Shown here piece by piece: positions 1 through 9,728 of a stretch of DNA of 64,000 nt (position 1 is the first letter of the stretch; every line of letters starts with the position of its first letter). The DNA is taken from assembly GCA_026984215.1 (NCBI GenBank), contig JALSSO010000129.1, positions 23,362 to 87,361 of the forward strand, in the 5' to 3' direction. The notes under the pieces were generated by a model. The model worked only from the letters and a program-made list of their open reading frames with translations. It was not told the origin of the DNA and searched no databases. Source of the stretch: Gammaproteobacteria bacterium. Lineage in GTDB: Bacteria > Pseudomonadota > Gammaproteobacteria > JAJDOJ01. The translations under genes were made by a program, and so were the position numbers.

Positions 1-25
1 TCATGTCATTGGTCGTATCGAGGGG

Positions 26-514
26 GTGTCCGTGACCGACAAACAGTTCATGGGGGTGTTCATCGGCGTGCTGGGGTTCCTGATTCTCCTGGCCGTGGTG
101 ATCTTCTTCATCGCACAGGGGCTCAGCCCGGAGAGTGGGAATCTCCAGGATCCCTTGGTACGCAAGGCGGTCGAGCAGCGTCTGGAGCCCGTGGGTGCGG
201 TGTATGTGGGCGAGGTGCCCAAACCGAGCGCCAGCGCCGAGAAAAGCGCGCCCGCCGCGAGCGGGCCGGCCCTGGCCGACGGCAAATCGGTCTACGAAGC
301 CGTCTGCATGGGATGCCATGGCACGGGGGCCGCCGGTGCGCCCAAGTTCGGCGATGCCGCCGCCTGGGCGCCGAGGCTCCAGGCGGGCAAGGACGCCTTG
401 TACCAGTCCGCCACCCAGGGCAAGGGTGCGATGCCGCCCAAGGGCGGGCGGGCGGATCTGAGCGACGACCAGGTCCGGATGGCCGTCGATTACATGGTCC
501 AGGCGGCCCAGTGA
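26..514 (+). CDS. Membrane-anchored cytochrome c5 family protein (class I c-type cytochrome)
   Basis: N-terminal hydrophobic anchor (FMGVFIGVLGFLILLAVVIFFIA), single CMGCH haem-binding motif, Ala/Pro-rich linker, and a C-terminal GKGAMPPKGG...DDQV motif typical of cytochrome c5. GAGGGGG Shine-Dalgarno before GTG at 26. Confidence 0.8.
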   Translation: MSVTDKQFMGVFIGVLGFLILLAVVIFFIAQGLSPESGNLQDPLVRKAVEQRLEPVGAVYVGEVPKPSASAEKSAPAASGPALADGKSVYEAVCMGCHGTGAAGAPKFGDAAAWAPRLQAGKDALYQSATQGKGAMPPKGGRADLSDDQVRMAVDYMVQAAQ

Positions 515-559
515 GTCATTGGTGGGGTGCGCCAGCGGGTCCCCGCACGGCCGGGCCGG

Positions 560-2083
560 TCACAACAGGCGGTCGAGCGTGCGGTAGCTCACGGCCTCGC
601 CCACATGGGCGGGCGTGATCCGGGGCGCGCCGGCCAGGTCGGCGATGGTGCGGGCGATTCGCTGGATGCGGTGGCAGGCGCGCATGGACAGGCGGAAGCG
701 CCGCGCGGCCTGTTCCAGCAGGGCGAAGGCCTCCTCATCCAGGGCGGCATGGGTGTCGATGTCTCCGGGCGGCAGGTCGCCGTTCAGACAGCCTTGACGC
801 GCCCGCTGCCGCGCCTGAGCGCGCACCACCCGTTCCCGCACCACCCGGCTGGGCTCGCCCGGTGGCAGATTGCGCAGTTCACCGGGCGATTGCCGGCCCA
901 CCAGCACATGCAAGTCGATGCGGTCCAGTAGCGGGGCCGACAGGCGCGAAAGGTGGCGTTGCCGCTGTTCGGTGGTGCACTGGCAGCGCGCCCCCAGATC
1001 GCAGTCGTAGCCCTTGGGGCAGGGGTTCAGAGCCAGGACGAGCTGGAATCGGGCGGGAAACTCCGCCCGTTGGGCCGCGCGGGCGATGGCGATGCGTCCG
1101 GTCTCCAGCGGTTCGCGCAGGGCGTCCAGGGCGCGCCGGTCGAATTCCGCCGCTTCGTCCAGGAAGAGCACGCCCCCGTGCGCCAGGGAGATCTCCCCCG
1201 GCCTGGGATGGGGTCCGCCGCCCACCAGGGCCGCGGCCGATGCGGTGTGGTGCGGCGCGCGAAACGGGCGGCGCCGCCAGGTGCCTTCGGAGACCGGGTC
1301 TCGGCCGGCCACCGAGGCGACGGCCGCCGCCTCGAGGGCCTCTTCGTCACTCATGGGGGCGAGCAGGCCGGGCAGGCGACTGGCCAGCAGGGTCTTGCCC
1401 GTTCCCGGCGGCCCCACCATGAGCAGGTGGTGGCGGCCGGCAGCGGCGATCTCCAAGGCACGCCGGGCCTGGGGCTGACCGCGCACGTCGGCGAGATCCG
1501 GTCCCTCCGGGTCCCGTGCCTCGGGGACCTCGGCGGGCTGCGCCTGCGCCAACGGCCGTTCTCCGCGCAGGTGGGCGCAGACTTCCAGCAGGTGATCCGC
1601 AGCCAGCACCCGGGCCGACCGCGCCAGTGCGGCCTGCGGCGCGCTGGCCGCGGGCAGGCAGAGGGCCCGATCGGCGGCGCAAGCCCCCAGGGCAGCCGGC
1701 AGGGCCCCGCTGACGGGCCGCAGATCACCGGAGAGGCTCAGTTCCCCCATGAACTCCACCTCGTCCAGGGGCGGCTTGGGGATCTGGCCGGAGGCGGCCA
1801 GGATGCCCAGGGCGATGGGCAGGTCGAACCGGCCCCCTTCCTTGGGCAGATCGGCGGGGGCCAGATTCACGGTGATCCTGCGCTGGGGGAATTCGAAGCG
1901 GCTGTTGACGATGGCGGCCCGGACCCGGTCGCGGCTTTCCTTCACCGCGGCTTCGGGCAGACCGACGATGGCAAGGGAGGGCAGGCCGTTGGCCACGTGG
2001 ACCTCGACGCGGACCTCGGGGGCTTTCATGCCCATCAGGGCCCGGGTGTGAATGCTGGCCAGATTGGGAATGTCCGCTCGCAT
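560..2083 (-). CDS. comM: Mg-chelatase-like AAA+ ATPase YifB/ComM family
   Basis: Near full-length match to the YifB/ComM architecture: N-terminal Lon-like domain (LASIHTRALMGMKAPEVRVEVHVANGLPSLAIVGLPEAAVKESRDRVRAAI), Walker A GPPGTGKT, C-terminal MgChelatase_C. ORF trimmed to the internal Met (MRADIPNL) that aligns with the family start. Confidence 0.85.
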   Translation of the reverse strand: MRADIPNLASIHTRALMGMKAPEVRVEVHVANGLPSLAIVGLPEAAVKESRDRVRAAIVNSRFEFPQRRITVNLAPADLPKEGGRFDLPIALGILAASGQIPKPPLDEVEFMGELSLSGDLRPVSGALPAALGACAADRALCLPAASAPQAALARSARVLAADHLLEVCAHLRGERPLAQAQPAEVPEARDPEGPDLADVRGQPQARRALEIAAAGRHHLLMVGPPGTGKTLLASRLPGLLAPMSDEEALEAAAVASVAGRDPVSEGTWRRRPFRAPHHTASAAALVGGGPHPRPGEISLAHGGVLFLDEAAEFDRRALDALREPLETGRIAIARAAQRAEFPARFQLVLALNPCPKGYDCDLGARCQCTTEQRQRHLSRLSAPLLDRIDLHVLVGRQSPGELRNLPPGEPSRVVRERVVRAQARQRARQGCLNGDLPPGDIDTHAALDEEAFALLEQAARRFRLSMRACHRIQRIARTIADLAGAPRITPAHVGEAVSYRTLDRLL

Positions 2084-2144
2084 GCCCTCACGCCCTTTCG
2101 CTTGGCACGCCGATCCGGCCATGGGCCGGCCGATGGAAGGCGAC

Positions 2145-2429
2145 TCACTCCTGCGGCGGAGGGTCGGCGGGCCGGGTCGGCTCCAGGCCGGCCGCGGACT
2201 CCAGGGCGGCCACGCGGGCTTCCAGCGACCGGAGCTTGTCGCGGGTGCGGACCAAGACCTCCGCTTGCACCTCGAACTCCTCGCGCGTGACCAGATCCAG
2301 ACGCTGGATGGATGCCTCCAACACCGCGCGGAAGTTCTTTTCCAGATCTTGCCGAAGGGCGCTCAGTCCCGCGGGCAGGGTCTCGACGAGGCGCCGGGCG
2401 ACTTCGTCCAGGCTCTTGGGGTCCATCAT
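2145..2429 (-). CDS. ubiK: Ubiquinone biosynthesis accessory factor UbiK (YqiC/BMFP family)
   Basis: Roughly 95-aa coiled-coil protein starting MMDPKSLDEVARRL. The central LDLVTREEFEVQAEVLVRTRDKL motif is characteristic of UbiK/YqiC. ORF trimmed to the Met pair at 2429. Confidence 0.7.
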   Translation of the reverse strand: MMDPKSLDEVARRLVETLPAGLSALRQDLEKNFRAVLEASIQRLDLVTREEFEVQAEVLVRTRDKLRSLEARVAALESAAGLEPTRPADPPPQE

Positions 2430-2630
2430 CAAATCGGTCTCTTCGGCGGGCGGTTGAGTAAAGACAACGAAGTGCGGTGCGTCGCCGGCGCAAAGCGTGT
2501 GCACCCCACCGTGTCGAGGGGCATCAGGCGTGGGTCCGAGGACCGGGCATACGCCATCGAGGGCGGTGGAGATTCGATCTCCTCGAAACCCCGGACCCGA
2601 GGGTGCGCAGCGGGGCGGCGGCCGGCCCCT

Positions 2631-2858
2631 TCACTTGGCGTAACGCTTGAGGATCGCCTTTTTCGCCTTCTCATATTCGGAACGCGTGATGATGCCCTCT
2701 TTGTAGGACTTTTCCAGGTCCATGAGTTCCTGGCCCATGGTGGTGGTCGTCGTGACGTTGCGGCTCTCCACCCGGGCGCCCCCTCCGCTGCAACCCACAA
2801 GCCCCAGCCCTGCGGCCAGGATCATGGCGGCGGCCGCTATGATGCTTTTCCGGTGCAT
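2631..2858 (-). CDS. SHOCT-domain lipoprotein
   Basis: Lipoprotein signal with lipobox LVGC (MHRKSIIAAAAMILAAGLGLVGCSGG) and a C-terminal SHOCT motif (GIITRSEYEKAKKAILKRY). Start placed at the Met that gives a proper signal peptide. Confidence 0.6.
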   Translation of the reverse strand: MHRKSIIAAAAMILAAGLGLVGCSGGGARVESRNVTTTTTMGQELMDLEKSYKEGIITRSEYEKAKKAILKRYAK

Positions 2859-2952
2859 GATGCGATTCTCCGGTTTCGGTCGATGCGAAGCAAACACCCC
2901 GCGCGGCGGCGGGGTGTCGTGCCATGCGGTGGCCGGGCACTGTCGATGGGGT

Positions 2953-5307
2953 TCAGGCCCCGGCCTTGCGGGTACGATACCAAAGCCCCTCGTGCAGTCG
3001 GGACTGCCGGCTCACCCGGTAACGCTTGGCCAGGGGGCCGCTGGCGAACCGGTCGGCGAGGGCGTCGTACTCCTTGGCGGCCCACGCCTCGTCGCGGAAT
3101 ACCTCCATGATGCCCTCGACCCAGCGCAGTTGCTGTTCGGGATCGGTGAAACGCTCCCGGCCCGAGGCGTACACCTCGCGCACGAAGTCCCCGTCGATGC
3201 CATCGGCCTGCATGCGAAGGGCCAGCTGCTCCAGGTCCTCCGGTTTGCCACAGGCGTCGGCGGCCTTGCGGAGCAGCGCGTGGGCCTTGTCACGGTCGCC
3301 GGCCTTCAAGGCCACGGAGGCCATGGCCTCGAAGGCGTAGGTGTCGCCGCCCAGGGCCTCGGCCTTGTCCACCAGTTTCAGGGCCCAGGCGGGATCGCCG
3401 AGGTCTTCCAGGACCGCCCGGGCAAGCTTGACGTAGTCGAAGGCCCCCTTGATGTCGGCGGCATCGAGTTTTTGTTCCCAATCGGCGTAATAGCCGCGGG
3501 CCAGGGCCGCGCCCGCTTCCTTGTTTCGCAGTTCCAGGGCCGCCGTGTGGGCGACGTCGTGCACGCAGGTGAAGGTGCGGCAGCGACCGGCGGCCTCGTC
3601 GAGCAGCCGCTTGACCCAATCGGCATCACCCAGGTGTTTGTCGATGGACAGGGCGATGAGGCGGCCGTAGGCGAAGTCCCCGCCCTGCTCGTTGTACATC
3701 TGCTCGGCCGAGGTGAGGAGCTTGCGGGCGTAGTAGGCATCCTGCAGTTCGGCCATCACGTCGTCGACCAGGGCCAGGTAATCGAGCACGGTCTTGGCCC
3801 GATTCTCGCGCTCCTGCAACGCGGCGTATTTCTCCTGATTGGCCTCGCGTTTCTCCAGCTTCTCCTGGATCCGCCCGATCCAACCCTCGTCGTCGGCGAA
3901 GTGTTTCTTGACCGCCTCGGTGACGGAGCGCAGCTCGCCCAGGCTGGTGACGCTCTCCTCGGCCGCTTCCAGCACCCGACGGGCGAAGTCCTTGGCGTCG
4001 ACCTTTTCCAGCGCCTTCTCGGCGATTCTCAGCAGGTCGGGCGAGGCCTCGGCCAGCGATTCGGCCTTCTCCAGGATGCGCTTGGCGAAATCGGAATCCT
4101 TCAGCTCATCGAACGACTGATCCACCAGCTTCAGGAGCTGCTTGAAATCGCTCGCCTTCTCGAAGGCCTGCTCGTAGATCTTGCCGGCCAGGGCGGTGTC
4201 GCCGAGGCTCTTGAACACGTCCGAGGCGAGATTGATGAGGTCCCCCGGATTGGCCAGCTTCCCTGCCGCGCTCTCGTAGATGCCGGCCGCGTGGGCCTTG
4301 TCCTTGAGGTCTTCCAGCACCGAGCGGGCCAGGTTCGCCAGTTCCTTGGCCGAACTCATCTTTTGTTCGGCCTTGGCGTAGATCTCCTTGGCGAGTTCCG
4401 GGTTCTCCAGCTCGGTGGCCACCTTCCTCGCCAGCGCCAGGAGCTGCTCCTTGTCGGTGATGTCGCCCAGGGCTTGGCGATAGGCCTCCACCGCCTTGTC
4501 CTTGTCACCCTGCAGGCGCCAGTAGCCGTCGGCCAGATCGGCGTATTCCTCGCCGGTCATGCAGAACTCGGCCGCCTGCTCCATGAGCTCGTCCACCTTG
4601 GACTGGTCGCCGAGTAGCGCCTTGAATCCCGCGGCCAGCTCGACGAACTGTTTGGTGAACTGGCAGTCGGTCTCCGCCTCCTCCAGGATCTCGCGGGCCT
4701 TGTCCTTGTCGTCGAACAGCTCCACGTAGAGCTTGGCGTATTCGACCGTCTGCGGGATGCCGTCCACGAAGCGGGCGGCCTTGTCCAGCAGCATGCGCGC
4801 GGTGGACTCGTCCCCGGCCTCCTTGACCTTGCGGGCCAGCGCCGCGAAGTCCTCCAGGCTCTTGGCCTTCTCCTCCACCTTGGCCACCAGCGATTGGGCC
4901 AGTTCCTCGTCCTTCAGATCCTCGGCGGCGATGCGCGCCAGGGTCAGCAGGTCTTCGGGCTGGGTGACCTCGGCGGCGGCCTTCTCGAGGTACTCACGGG
5001 CCTTGTCCTGGTCGCCCAGCTTGCCCATGCTCTTGGCGAAGGCCATGTATTCCTGGGCGTCGAAGAGCATGTCCTCGGCCTGGTCGTAGAGCTCGCGAGC
5101 GTAGTCGGTGTCGCCCATCTCCACGGCCACGTCGCCCACGGCCATGTAGTCCATGGGCATTTGGCATTCGGCCTCGGCCTTCTGGAGGAGCTCCTTGGCA
5201 TATTCGGGGTCGGCGGGATCCGCCAGGGCCTCGCGGGCCAGCTTGACGTAGTCTTCGACCGAACTGCATTCGGCTTCGCGGGCTTCGAGATCGGCCTTCG
5301 TTGCCAT
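2953..5307 (-). CDS. Large acidic TPR-like repeat protein (about 20 degenerate 34-residue helical repeats), function unknown
   Basis: Uninterrupted 784-aa ORF with an AAGGAG Shine-Dalgarno 7 nt upstream of ATG at 5307. The protein is periodic at 34 aa (pattern ~ DLxxLAxxVxxxLxDxxLAxxIYxKAExxA), very Asp/Glu/Lys/Ala-rich, and has no signal peptide or TM segment. The antisense 631-aa ORF is an artefact. Confidence 0.8.
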   Translation of the reverse strand: MATKADLEAREAECSSVEDYVKLAREALADPADPEYAKELLQKAEAECQMPMDYMAVGDVAVEMGDTDYARELYDQAEDMLFDAQEYMAFAKSMGKLGDQDKAREYLEKAAAEVTQPEDLLTLARIAAEDLKDEELAQSLVAKVEEKAKSLEDFAALARKVKEAGDESTARMLLDKAARFVDGIPQTVEYAKLYVELFDDKDKAREILEEAETDCQFTKQFVELAAGFKALLGDQSKVDELMEQAAEFCMTGEEYADLADGYWRLQGDKDKAVEAYRQALGDITDKEQLLALARKVATELENPELAKEIYAKAEQKMSSAKELANLARSVLEDLKDKAHAAGIYESAAGKLANPGDLINLASDVFKSLGDTALAGKIYEQAFEKASDFKQLLKLVDQSFDELKDSDFAKRILEKAESLAEASPDLLRIAEKALEKVDAKDFARRVLEAAEESVTSLGELRSVTEAVKKHFADDEGWIGRIQEKLEKREANQEKYAALQERENRAKTVLDYLALVDDVMAELQDAYYARKLLTSAEQMYNEQGGDFAYGRLIALSIDKHLGDADWVKRLLDEAAGRCRTFTCVHDVAHTAALELRNKEAGAALARGYYADWEQKLDAADIKGAFDYVKLARAVLEDLGDPAWALKLVDKAEALGGDTYAFEAMASVALKAGDRDKAHALLRKAADACGKPEDLEQLALRMQADGIDGDFVREVYASGRERFTDPEQQLRWVEGIMEVFRDEAWAAKEYDALADRFASGPLAKRYRVSRQSRLHEGLWYRTRKAGA

Positions 5308-5367
5308 GGCGCTACTCCTTTCGTGAAATTCGCCTGAAGACAGAGCATGGCCCCGGCGGGGCGGAAT

Positions 5368-5443
5368 TGGCGCTCCCTAGGGGACTCGAACCCCTGTTAC
5401 CGGCGTGAGAGGCCGGCGTCCTAGGCCACTAGACGAAGGGAGC
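5368..5443 (-). tRNA. tRNA-Glu (anticodon CTC)
   Basis: Reverse complement folds as a canonical cloverleaf: GCTCCCTTCGTCTAGTGGCCTAGGACGCCGGCCTCTCACGCCGGTAACAGGGGTTCGAGTCCCCTAGGGAGCGCCA. Acceptor stem GCTCCCT/AGGGAGC, anticodon stem CCGGC/GCCGG with loop CTCTCAC (anticodon CTC), T-loop GGTTCGAGTCC, encoded CCA. Confidence 0.85.
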
Positions 5444-5670
5444 CCGACAGAGATCGACGCCTTCGGGCGTCACGGGAGGCAGGACTGCCGATGGCCACAT
5501 CCGGAGTCGGCCTCCCACATCCGAAAGCAGTATAAAAGGGTTGGTTTTGCCTTGGGATCGAACCTGCTTATGCACGCATAACACCGCCGCGACCCGAGCG
5601 GTTCCGCGGTGCGGGTATAGTATAGCCCCCGAGCCGGGTCGTCCGCATGTGCCCCCTCGGGAGCACCGGC

Positions 5671-7044
5671 ATGCGGATACTGCGCGCCCGTCATGCACGC
5701 CATCATGGAGACGACCGCACACCCGTGACACAGGCAGGGCCTTCGCCAGCCGTCGAAGTTCACCCGCGCATCATTCCCCGCGCCGAGCACGGTATCTCGC
5801 GCGCCGACATCAGCGAGCATGCCCTGCGCGTGCTCTACGGTCTCAAACGCGCGGGATTCGCCGCCTATCTGGTGGGAGGCGGCGTACGGGATCTCCTGCT
5901 CGGCCGTGAGCCCAAGGACTTCGACGTAGTCACCGACGCCCGGCCGGAACAGGTCCGCAAGCTGTTTCGCAACTGCCGGCTCATCGGGCGGCGGTTCCGC
6001 TTGGCGCACGTGTATTTCGGCCGCGAGATCGTCGAGGTGGCGACCTTCCGCGCGATCCCGGACGCCGACGCCGAGGGGGTCCTGTTGGACGGCGGGCGGA
6101 TTTTGCGCGACAACGTCTATGGGACCATCGAGGAGGATGCGGTCCGGCGGGATTTCACCATCAACTCGTTGTACTACAACATCCGTGACTTCTCGGTGGT
6201 GGACTACGTGGGCGGCCTGGAGGACCTGCGCGCGGGCTTGGTGCGGCTCATCGGCGAGCCCGAGCGGCGGTACCGGGAGGACCCGGTGCGCATGCTGCGG
6301 GCGGTGCGCTTCGCCGCCAAGCTTGGGTTCCGCATCCATCCCGATACCGAAACGCCCATACCGAGCCTGGCACGCCTGCTGGGGGAGATGCCCCCCGCGC
6401 GGCTGTTCGACGAGGTCCTCAAGCTCTTTCAGGGGGGCTGTGCGGTGGAGACCTTCGAGCTGCTGCGCCATTACGGTCTGTTCGGGCAATTGTTCCCGCT
6501 CACCGAGCGGGTGCTGGCCGGGGAGGAGTGCGGTTTTCCGCACACCTTCGTGACCCACGCGCTGGCCAGCACCGACGCGCGTATCCAGGAGGGCAAGCCG
6601 GTCACACCGGCCTTTCTCTACGCGGCCCTGCTGTGGGAGCCGGTGCGCCTGCGAGCGGCCGAGCTCGAGGCACGCGAGGAGATGGCGCCGTTGCCGGCCC
6701 TGCAGCGAGCGGGCAGGGAGGTGATCCAGGCCCAGCTGGCGCATACCAGCATTCCGCGTCGTTTTTCCTTGGGCATGCGCGAGATCTGGGAGCTACAGCT
6801 ACGTTTCCGGTACCGCTCGGGCAAGCGTCCGTACCGCTTTCTGGAACACCCCCGTTTCCGGGCCGCCTACGATTTCCTCTGCCTGCGTGCGCGGGCCGGG
6901 GAGGACGTGGGCGAGGCTTGCCAGTGGTGGACCCACTTTCAGGAGGCCGGCATCGAGCAACGGGCGGCCATGACCCGCGGCGGCCGGAAGCGGCCCGCGC
7001 GTCGGCGCCGGGCCCGTCGCCGGAAGGCCCCCGGGGCTTCGTGA
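5671..7044 (+). CDS. pcnB: Poly(A) polymerase I
   Basis: Strong match to PcnB: IPRAEHGISRADISEHALRVLYGLKRAGFAAYLVGGGVRDLLLG...DFDVVTDARPEQVRKLFRNCRLIGRRFRLAHV, plus a basic C-terminal tail. The start is uncertain: in-frame ATGs at 5647 and 5671, and pcnB is known to use non-canonical starts. Confidence 0.85.
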   Translation: MRILRARHARHHGDDRTPVTQAGPSPAVEVHPRIIPRAEHGISRADISEHALRVLYGLKRAGFAAYLVGGGVRDLLLGREPKDFDVVTDARPEQVRKLFRNCRLIGRRFRLAHVYFGREIVEVATFRAIPDADAEGVLLDGGRILRDNVYGTIEEDAVRRDFTINSLYYNIRDFSVVDYVGGLEDLRAGLVRLIGEPERRYREDPVRMLRAVRFAAKLGFRIHPDTETPIPSLARLLGEMPPARLFDEVLKLFQGGCAVETFELLRHYGLFGQLFPLTERVLAGEECGFPHTFVTHALASTDARIQEGKPVTPAFLYAALLWEPVRLRAAELEAREEMAPLPALQRAGREVIQAQLAHTSIPRRFSLGMREIWELQLRFRYRSGKRPYRFLEHPRFRAAYDFLCLRARAGEDVGEACQWWTHFQEAGIEQRAAMTRGGRKRPARRRRARRRKAPGAS

Positions 7045-7535
7045 ACACCGAAGCGTTCGTGGCGCTGGGCAGCAATCTGGCTGACCCGCCACGCCAGCTC
7101 GAGCGGGCCCGGGAGGCGCTGGGCCGGTTGCCGGGCACCCGGTTGGTCGCCGCCAGCCGCAGCCTCAGGACCGCCCCGGTGGGGCCGCCCGGGCAGCCCC
7201 ACTACTGCAACGCCGTGGTGCGCCTGCGGACCCGGTTGGCGCCGTTTGCGTTGCTCGGGGCGCTGCTCGAGATCGAAACGGCCCAGGGCCGGGTGCGGGG
7301 CGCGCAGCCCTGGGGGCCCCGCACCCTGGATCTGGACCTGCTCCTGTATGGGAACCTCGTCCTGGACGACCCACGACTCACGCTGCCTCACCCCCGCCTC
7401 CACGCGCGTCGTTTCGTGCTGGAACCCCTTGCCGAACTCGCCCCCGAGCTGGAGGTGCCGGGCCGGGGGCGCGTGTGCGACCTGCTGCGGCGCCTGGACC
7501 GGCAGGGGCGCGGCCGGCCGGTTTGTCGGCTATGA
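7041..7535 (+). CDS. folK: 2-amino-4-hydroxy-6-hydroxymethyldihydropteridine pyrophosphokinase
   Basis: HPPK family signature (FVALGSNL...LDLDLLLYG...LTLPHPR...RRFVLEPLAEL). GTG start overlaps the pcnB stop (GTGA). pcnB-folK adjacency is conserved as in E. coli. Confidence 0.85.
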   Translation: MNTEAFVALGSNLADPPRQLERAREALGRLPGTRLVAASRSLRTAPVGPPGQPHYCNAVVRLRTRLAPFALLGALLEIETAQGRVRGAQPWGPRTLDLDLLLYGNLVLDDPRLTLPHPRLHARRFVLEPLAELAPELEVPGRGRVCDLLRRLDRQGRGRPVCRL

Positions 7536-7578
7536 TTTCGGTTGCCCCCGTTCCCGCCCCGGGAGAACGACCCAACCC

Positions 7579-8373
7579 ATGCATACCGAGCCAGAACCCA
7601 TCACAGTACCGCGCCTGAGGGCCATGAAGCAGGAGGGGCGGCCCATCGCGTGCCTGACCGCCTACGACGCCAGCTTCGCCCGCGTGTTGGACGAGGCGGG
7701 GATCGACTTGGTGCTGGTCGGGGACTCCCTGGGCATGGTGGTGCAGGGGCGGGAGACCACGCTTGCGGTGACCGTCGACGACATGGTCTATCACACGCGT
7801 TGTGTCGCGCGGGGCCTGCGGCGGGCCTTGCTGGTCGCGGACCTGCCGTTTGCGAGCTATGCCCAGCCGGCCCAGGCCCTGGACAACGCCGCGCGGCTCA
7901 TGCGCGCGGGGGCCCGCGTGGTGAAGCTCGAGGCCAGCGCCAACCAGGCGGAGATCGTGCGTCATCTGGGTGCCCAGGGCATACCGGTGTGTGCCCATCT
8001 GGGCCTGCGACCGCAGTCGGTGCACAAGCTGGGTGGTTACCGCAGGCAGGGCGCGGGTGAAGCGGAGGCGGCGCAGATGCTCGAGGACGCGGCGCTCCTG
8101 GCGCGTTGTGGCGCCGATCTGCTGTTGCTGGAGTGCGTGCCGCCGCGCCTGGCGGCCGAGATCCGGGCCAATGTGGAAGTGCCCGTCATCGGTATCGGGG
8201 CGGGACCCGATTGCGACGGCCAGATCCTGGTCCTGTACGACCTGCTCGGCGTCAGCCTGGGGCCGGTACCGCCCTTTGCGCGCAATTTCATGAACGCAGC
8301 GCCGGACATTCCGGGCGCCGTTTCCGCCTACGTGGCCGCGGTGCGCGGGAGAAGGTTCCCGGAGCGCGGCTGA
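7579..8373 (+). CDS. panB: 3-methyl-2-oxobutanoate hydroxymethyltransferase
   Basis: PanB motifs (ACLTAYDASFARVLDEAGIDLVLVGDSLGMVVQG..., KLEA..., HLGLRPQSVH). Start MHTEPEP at 7579. Confidence 0.9.
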   Translation: MHTEPEPITVPRLRAMKQEGRPIACLTAYDASFARVLDEAGIDLVLVGDSLGMVVQGRETTLAVTVDDMVYHTRCVARGLRRALLVADLPFASYAQPAQALDNAARLMRAGARVVKLEASANQAEIVRHLGAQGIPVCAHLGLRPQSVHKLGGYRRQGAGEAEAAQMLEDAALLARCGADLLLLECVPPRLAAEIRANVEVPVIGIGAGPDCDGQILVLYDLLGVSLGPVPPFARNFMNAAPDIPGAVSAYVAAVRGRRFPERG

Positions 8374-8375
8374 GC

Positions 8376-9266
8376 ATGCAAACGATCCGGGATACCAACG
8401 GCCTGCGGGCGGCGCGCAACTTCTGGCGGTTCGGCAAGGAGACGGTGGGCTTCGTGCCCACCATGGGCAATCTGCACGAGGGGCATCTGACGCTGGTGCG
8501 CGAGGCCCGGGCCCGGGCCGATCGCGTGGTGGTGAGCATTTTCGTCAATCCCATGCAGTTCGACCGTGAGGACGACTTGCGGGCCTACCCCAGAACCCTG
8601 CAACAGGATGCGCGGCGGCTGGAGGACGAGGGGGTCGATGCGCTGTTCGCGCCGGACGAATCGGTGGTGTATCCCCGCGGCACGCAGGCCAGCGCCTACG
8701 TGGAGGTCCCCCGGCTCGGTGCGATCCTGGAAGGGGCGAGCCGCCCGGGGCACTTCCGGGGTGTGGCCACCGTGGTCGCCAAGCTGTTCAATCTGGTCCA
8801 GCCGCATCTGGCCTTTTTCGGGGAAAAGGACTTCCAGCAGTTGCTCGTGATCCGGCGCATGGTGGAGGACCTGGATTTCCCGGTGGAGATCGTCGGCGTA
8901 CCCACGCAGCGCGAGGCGGACGGGCTGGCGATGAGCTCGCGCAACGCCTATCTCTCGGCGCAGGAGCGGTCCCGTGCGCCGTTGCTCTACCGGTCGCTGC
9001 AGGAGGTGGCCGGCGCGTTGCGCGCCGGGGCCACCGACTGCCCCGCCCTGGAGCGTCGCGCCCTGCGGCGCCTGGAACGGGGCGGCTTCCGCCCGGACTA
9101 TGTCGTCGTGCGTCGCCGCGCGGACCTGGAACCACCCGGGCCGCAGGACGATGCGCTGGTGGTGCTCGGGGCGGCCTGGCTGGGCCGCGCCCGCCTGATC
9201 GACAACGTGCTGGTGGATCGCCCCGGCCCGCGGGCTGTGGCCGCCGCGCCTGCCGCCGCACATTGA
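8376..9266 (+). CDS. panC: Pantoate--beta-alanine ligase
   Basis: PanC motifs ([46 protein letters not shown]). Start is 3 nt after the panB stop. Confidence 0.9.
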   Translation: MQTIRDTNGLRAARNFWRFGKETVGFVPTMGNLHEGHLTLVREARARADRVVVSIFVNPMQFDREDDLRAYPRTLQQDARRLEDEGVDALFAPDESVVYPRGTQASAYVEVPRLGAILEGASRPGHFRGVATVVAKLFNLVQPHLAFFGEKDFQQLLVIRRMVEDLDFPVEIVGVPTQREADGLAMSSRNAYLSAQERSRAPLLYRSLQEVAGALRAGATDCPALERRALRRLERGGFRPDYVVVRRRADLEPPGPQDDALVVLGAAWLGRARLIDNVLVDRPGPRAVAAAPAAAH

Positions 9267-9325
9267 TCCCGCCGCCGGGCATGGCCGATAATGGAGGGTC
9301 CGGCACCCGGAGCGGTCGTCAACCC

Positions 9326-9706
9326 ATGATCCTCACCCTGCTGAAGGCCAAGCTGCATCAGGCGCGCGTGACGCATGCCGAGCTCGAATACGAGGGCTCC
9401 TGTGCCATCGACGCCGTGCTGCTCGATGCGGCGGGCATCCTGGAATACGAGCAGATCCAGGTCTATAACCTGGCCAACGGCGAGCGGTTCACCACGTACG
9501 CGATCCAGGCCGAGCCCGGCAGCGGCATCATTTCCATGAACGGGGCGGCGGCGCACAAGGCGGCTCCGGGCGATCGGGTGATCATTTGCGCCTACGCCCA
9601 GCTCGGCGCGGCCGAGGCCCGGCGCTTCAAGCCCCGCCTGGTGTATCTGGATGCCGGCAACCGCATCGTGCGCACCGCTCACACCATCCCGGTACAGGCG
9701 GCCTGA
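9326..9706 (+). CDS. panD: Aspartate 1-decarboxylase
   Basis: [55 protein letters not shown] with a pyruvoyl-forming G-S motif. ORF trimmed to MILTLLK. Confidence 0.9.
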   Translation: MILTLLKAKLHQARVTHAELEYEGSCAIDAVLLDAAGILEYEQIQVYNLANGERFTTYAIQAEPGSGIISMNGAAAHKAAPGDRVIICAYAQLGAAEARRFKPRLVYLDAGNRIVRTAHTIPVQAA

Positions 9707-9728
9707 CCGCGGCCTGGCGGGCCCGTCC

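Noticed and set aside
1-285. 94-aa minus ORF at the left edge
   Set aside because: Antisense to the cytochrome c5 gene, which has a clear CXXCH motif and signal anchor.
2722-4617. 631-aa plus-strand ORF
   Set aside because: It is antisense to the well-supported 784-aa repeat-protein gene (which has an SD and a coherent repeat periodicity). Its composition is typical of an open frame in GC-rich antisense.
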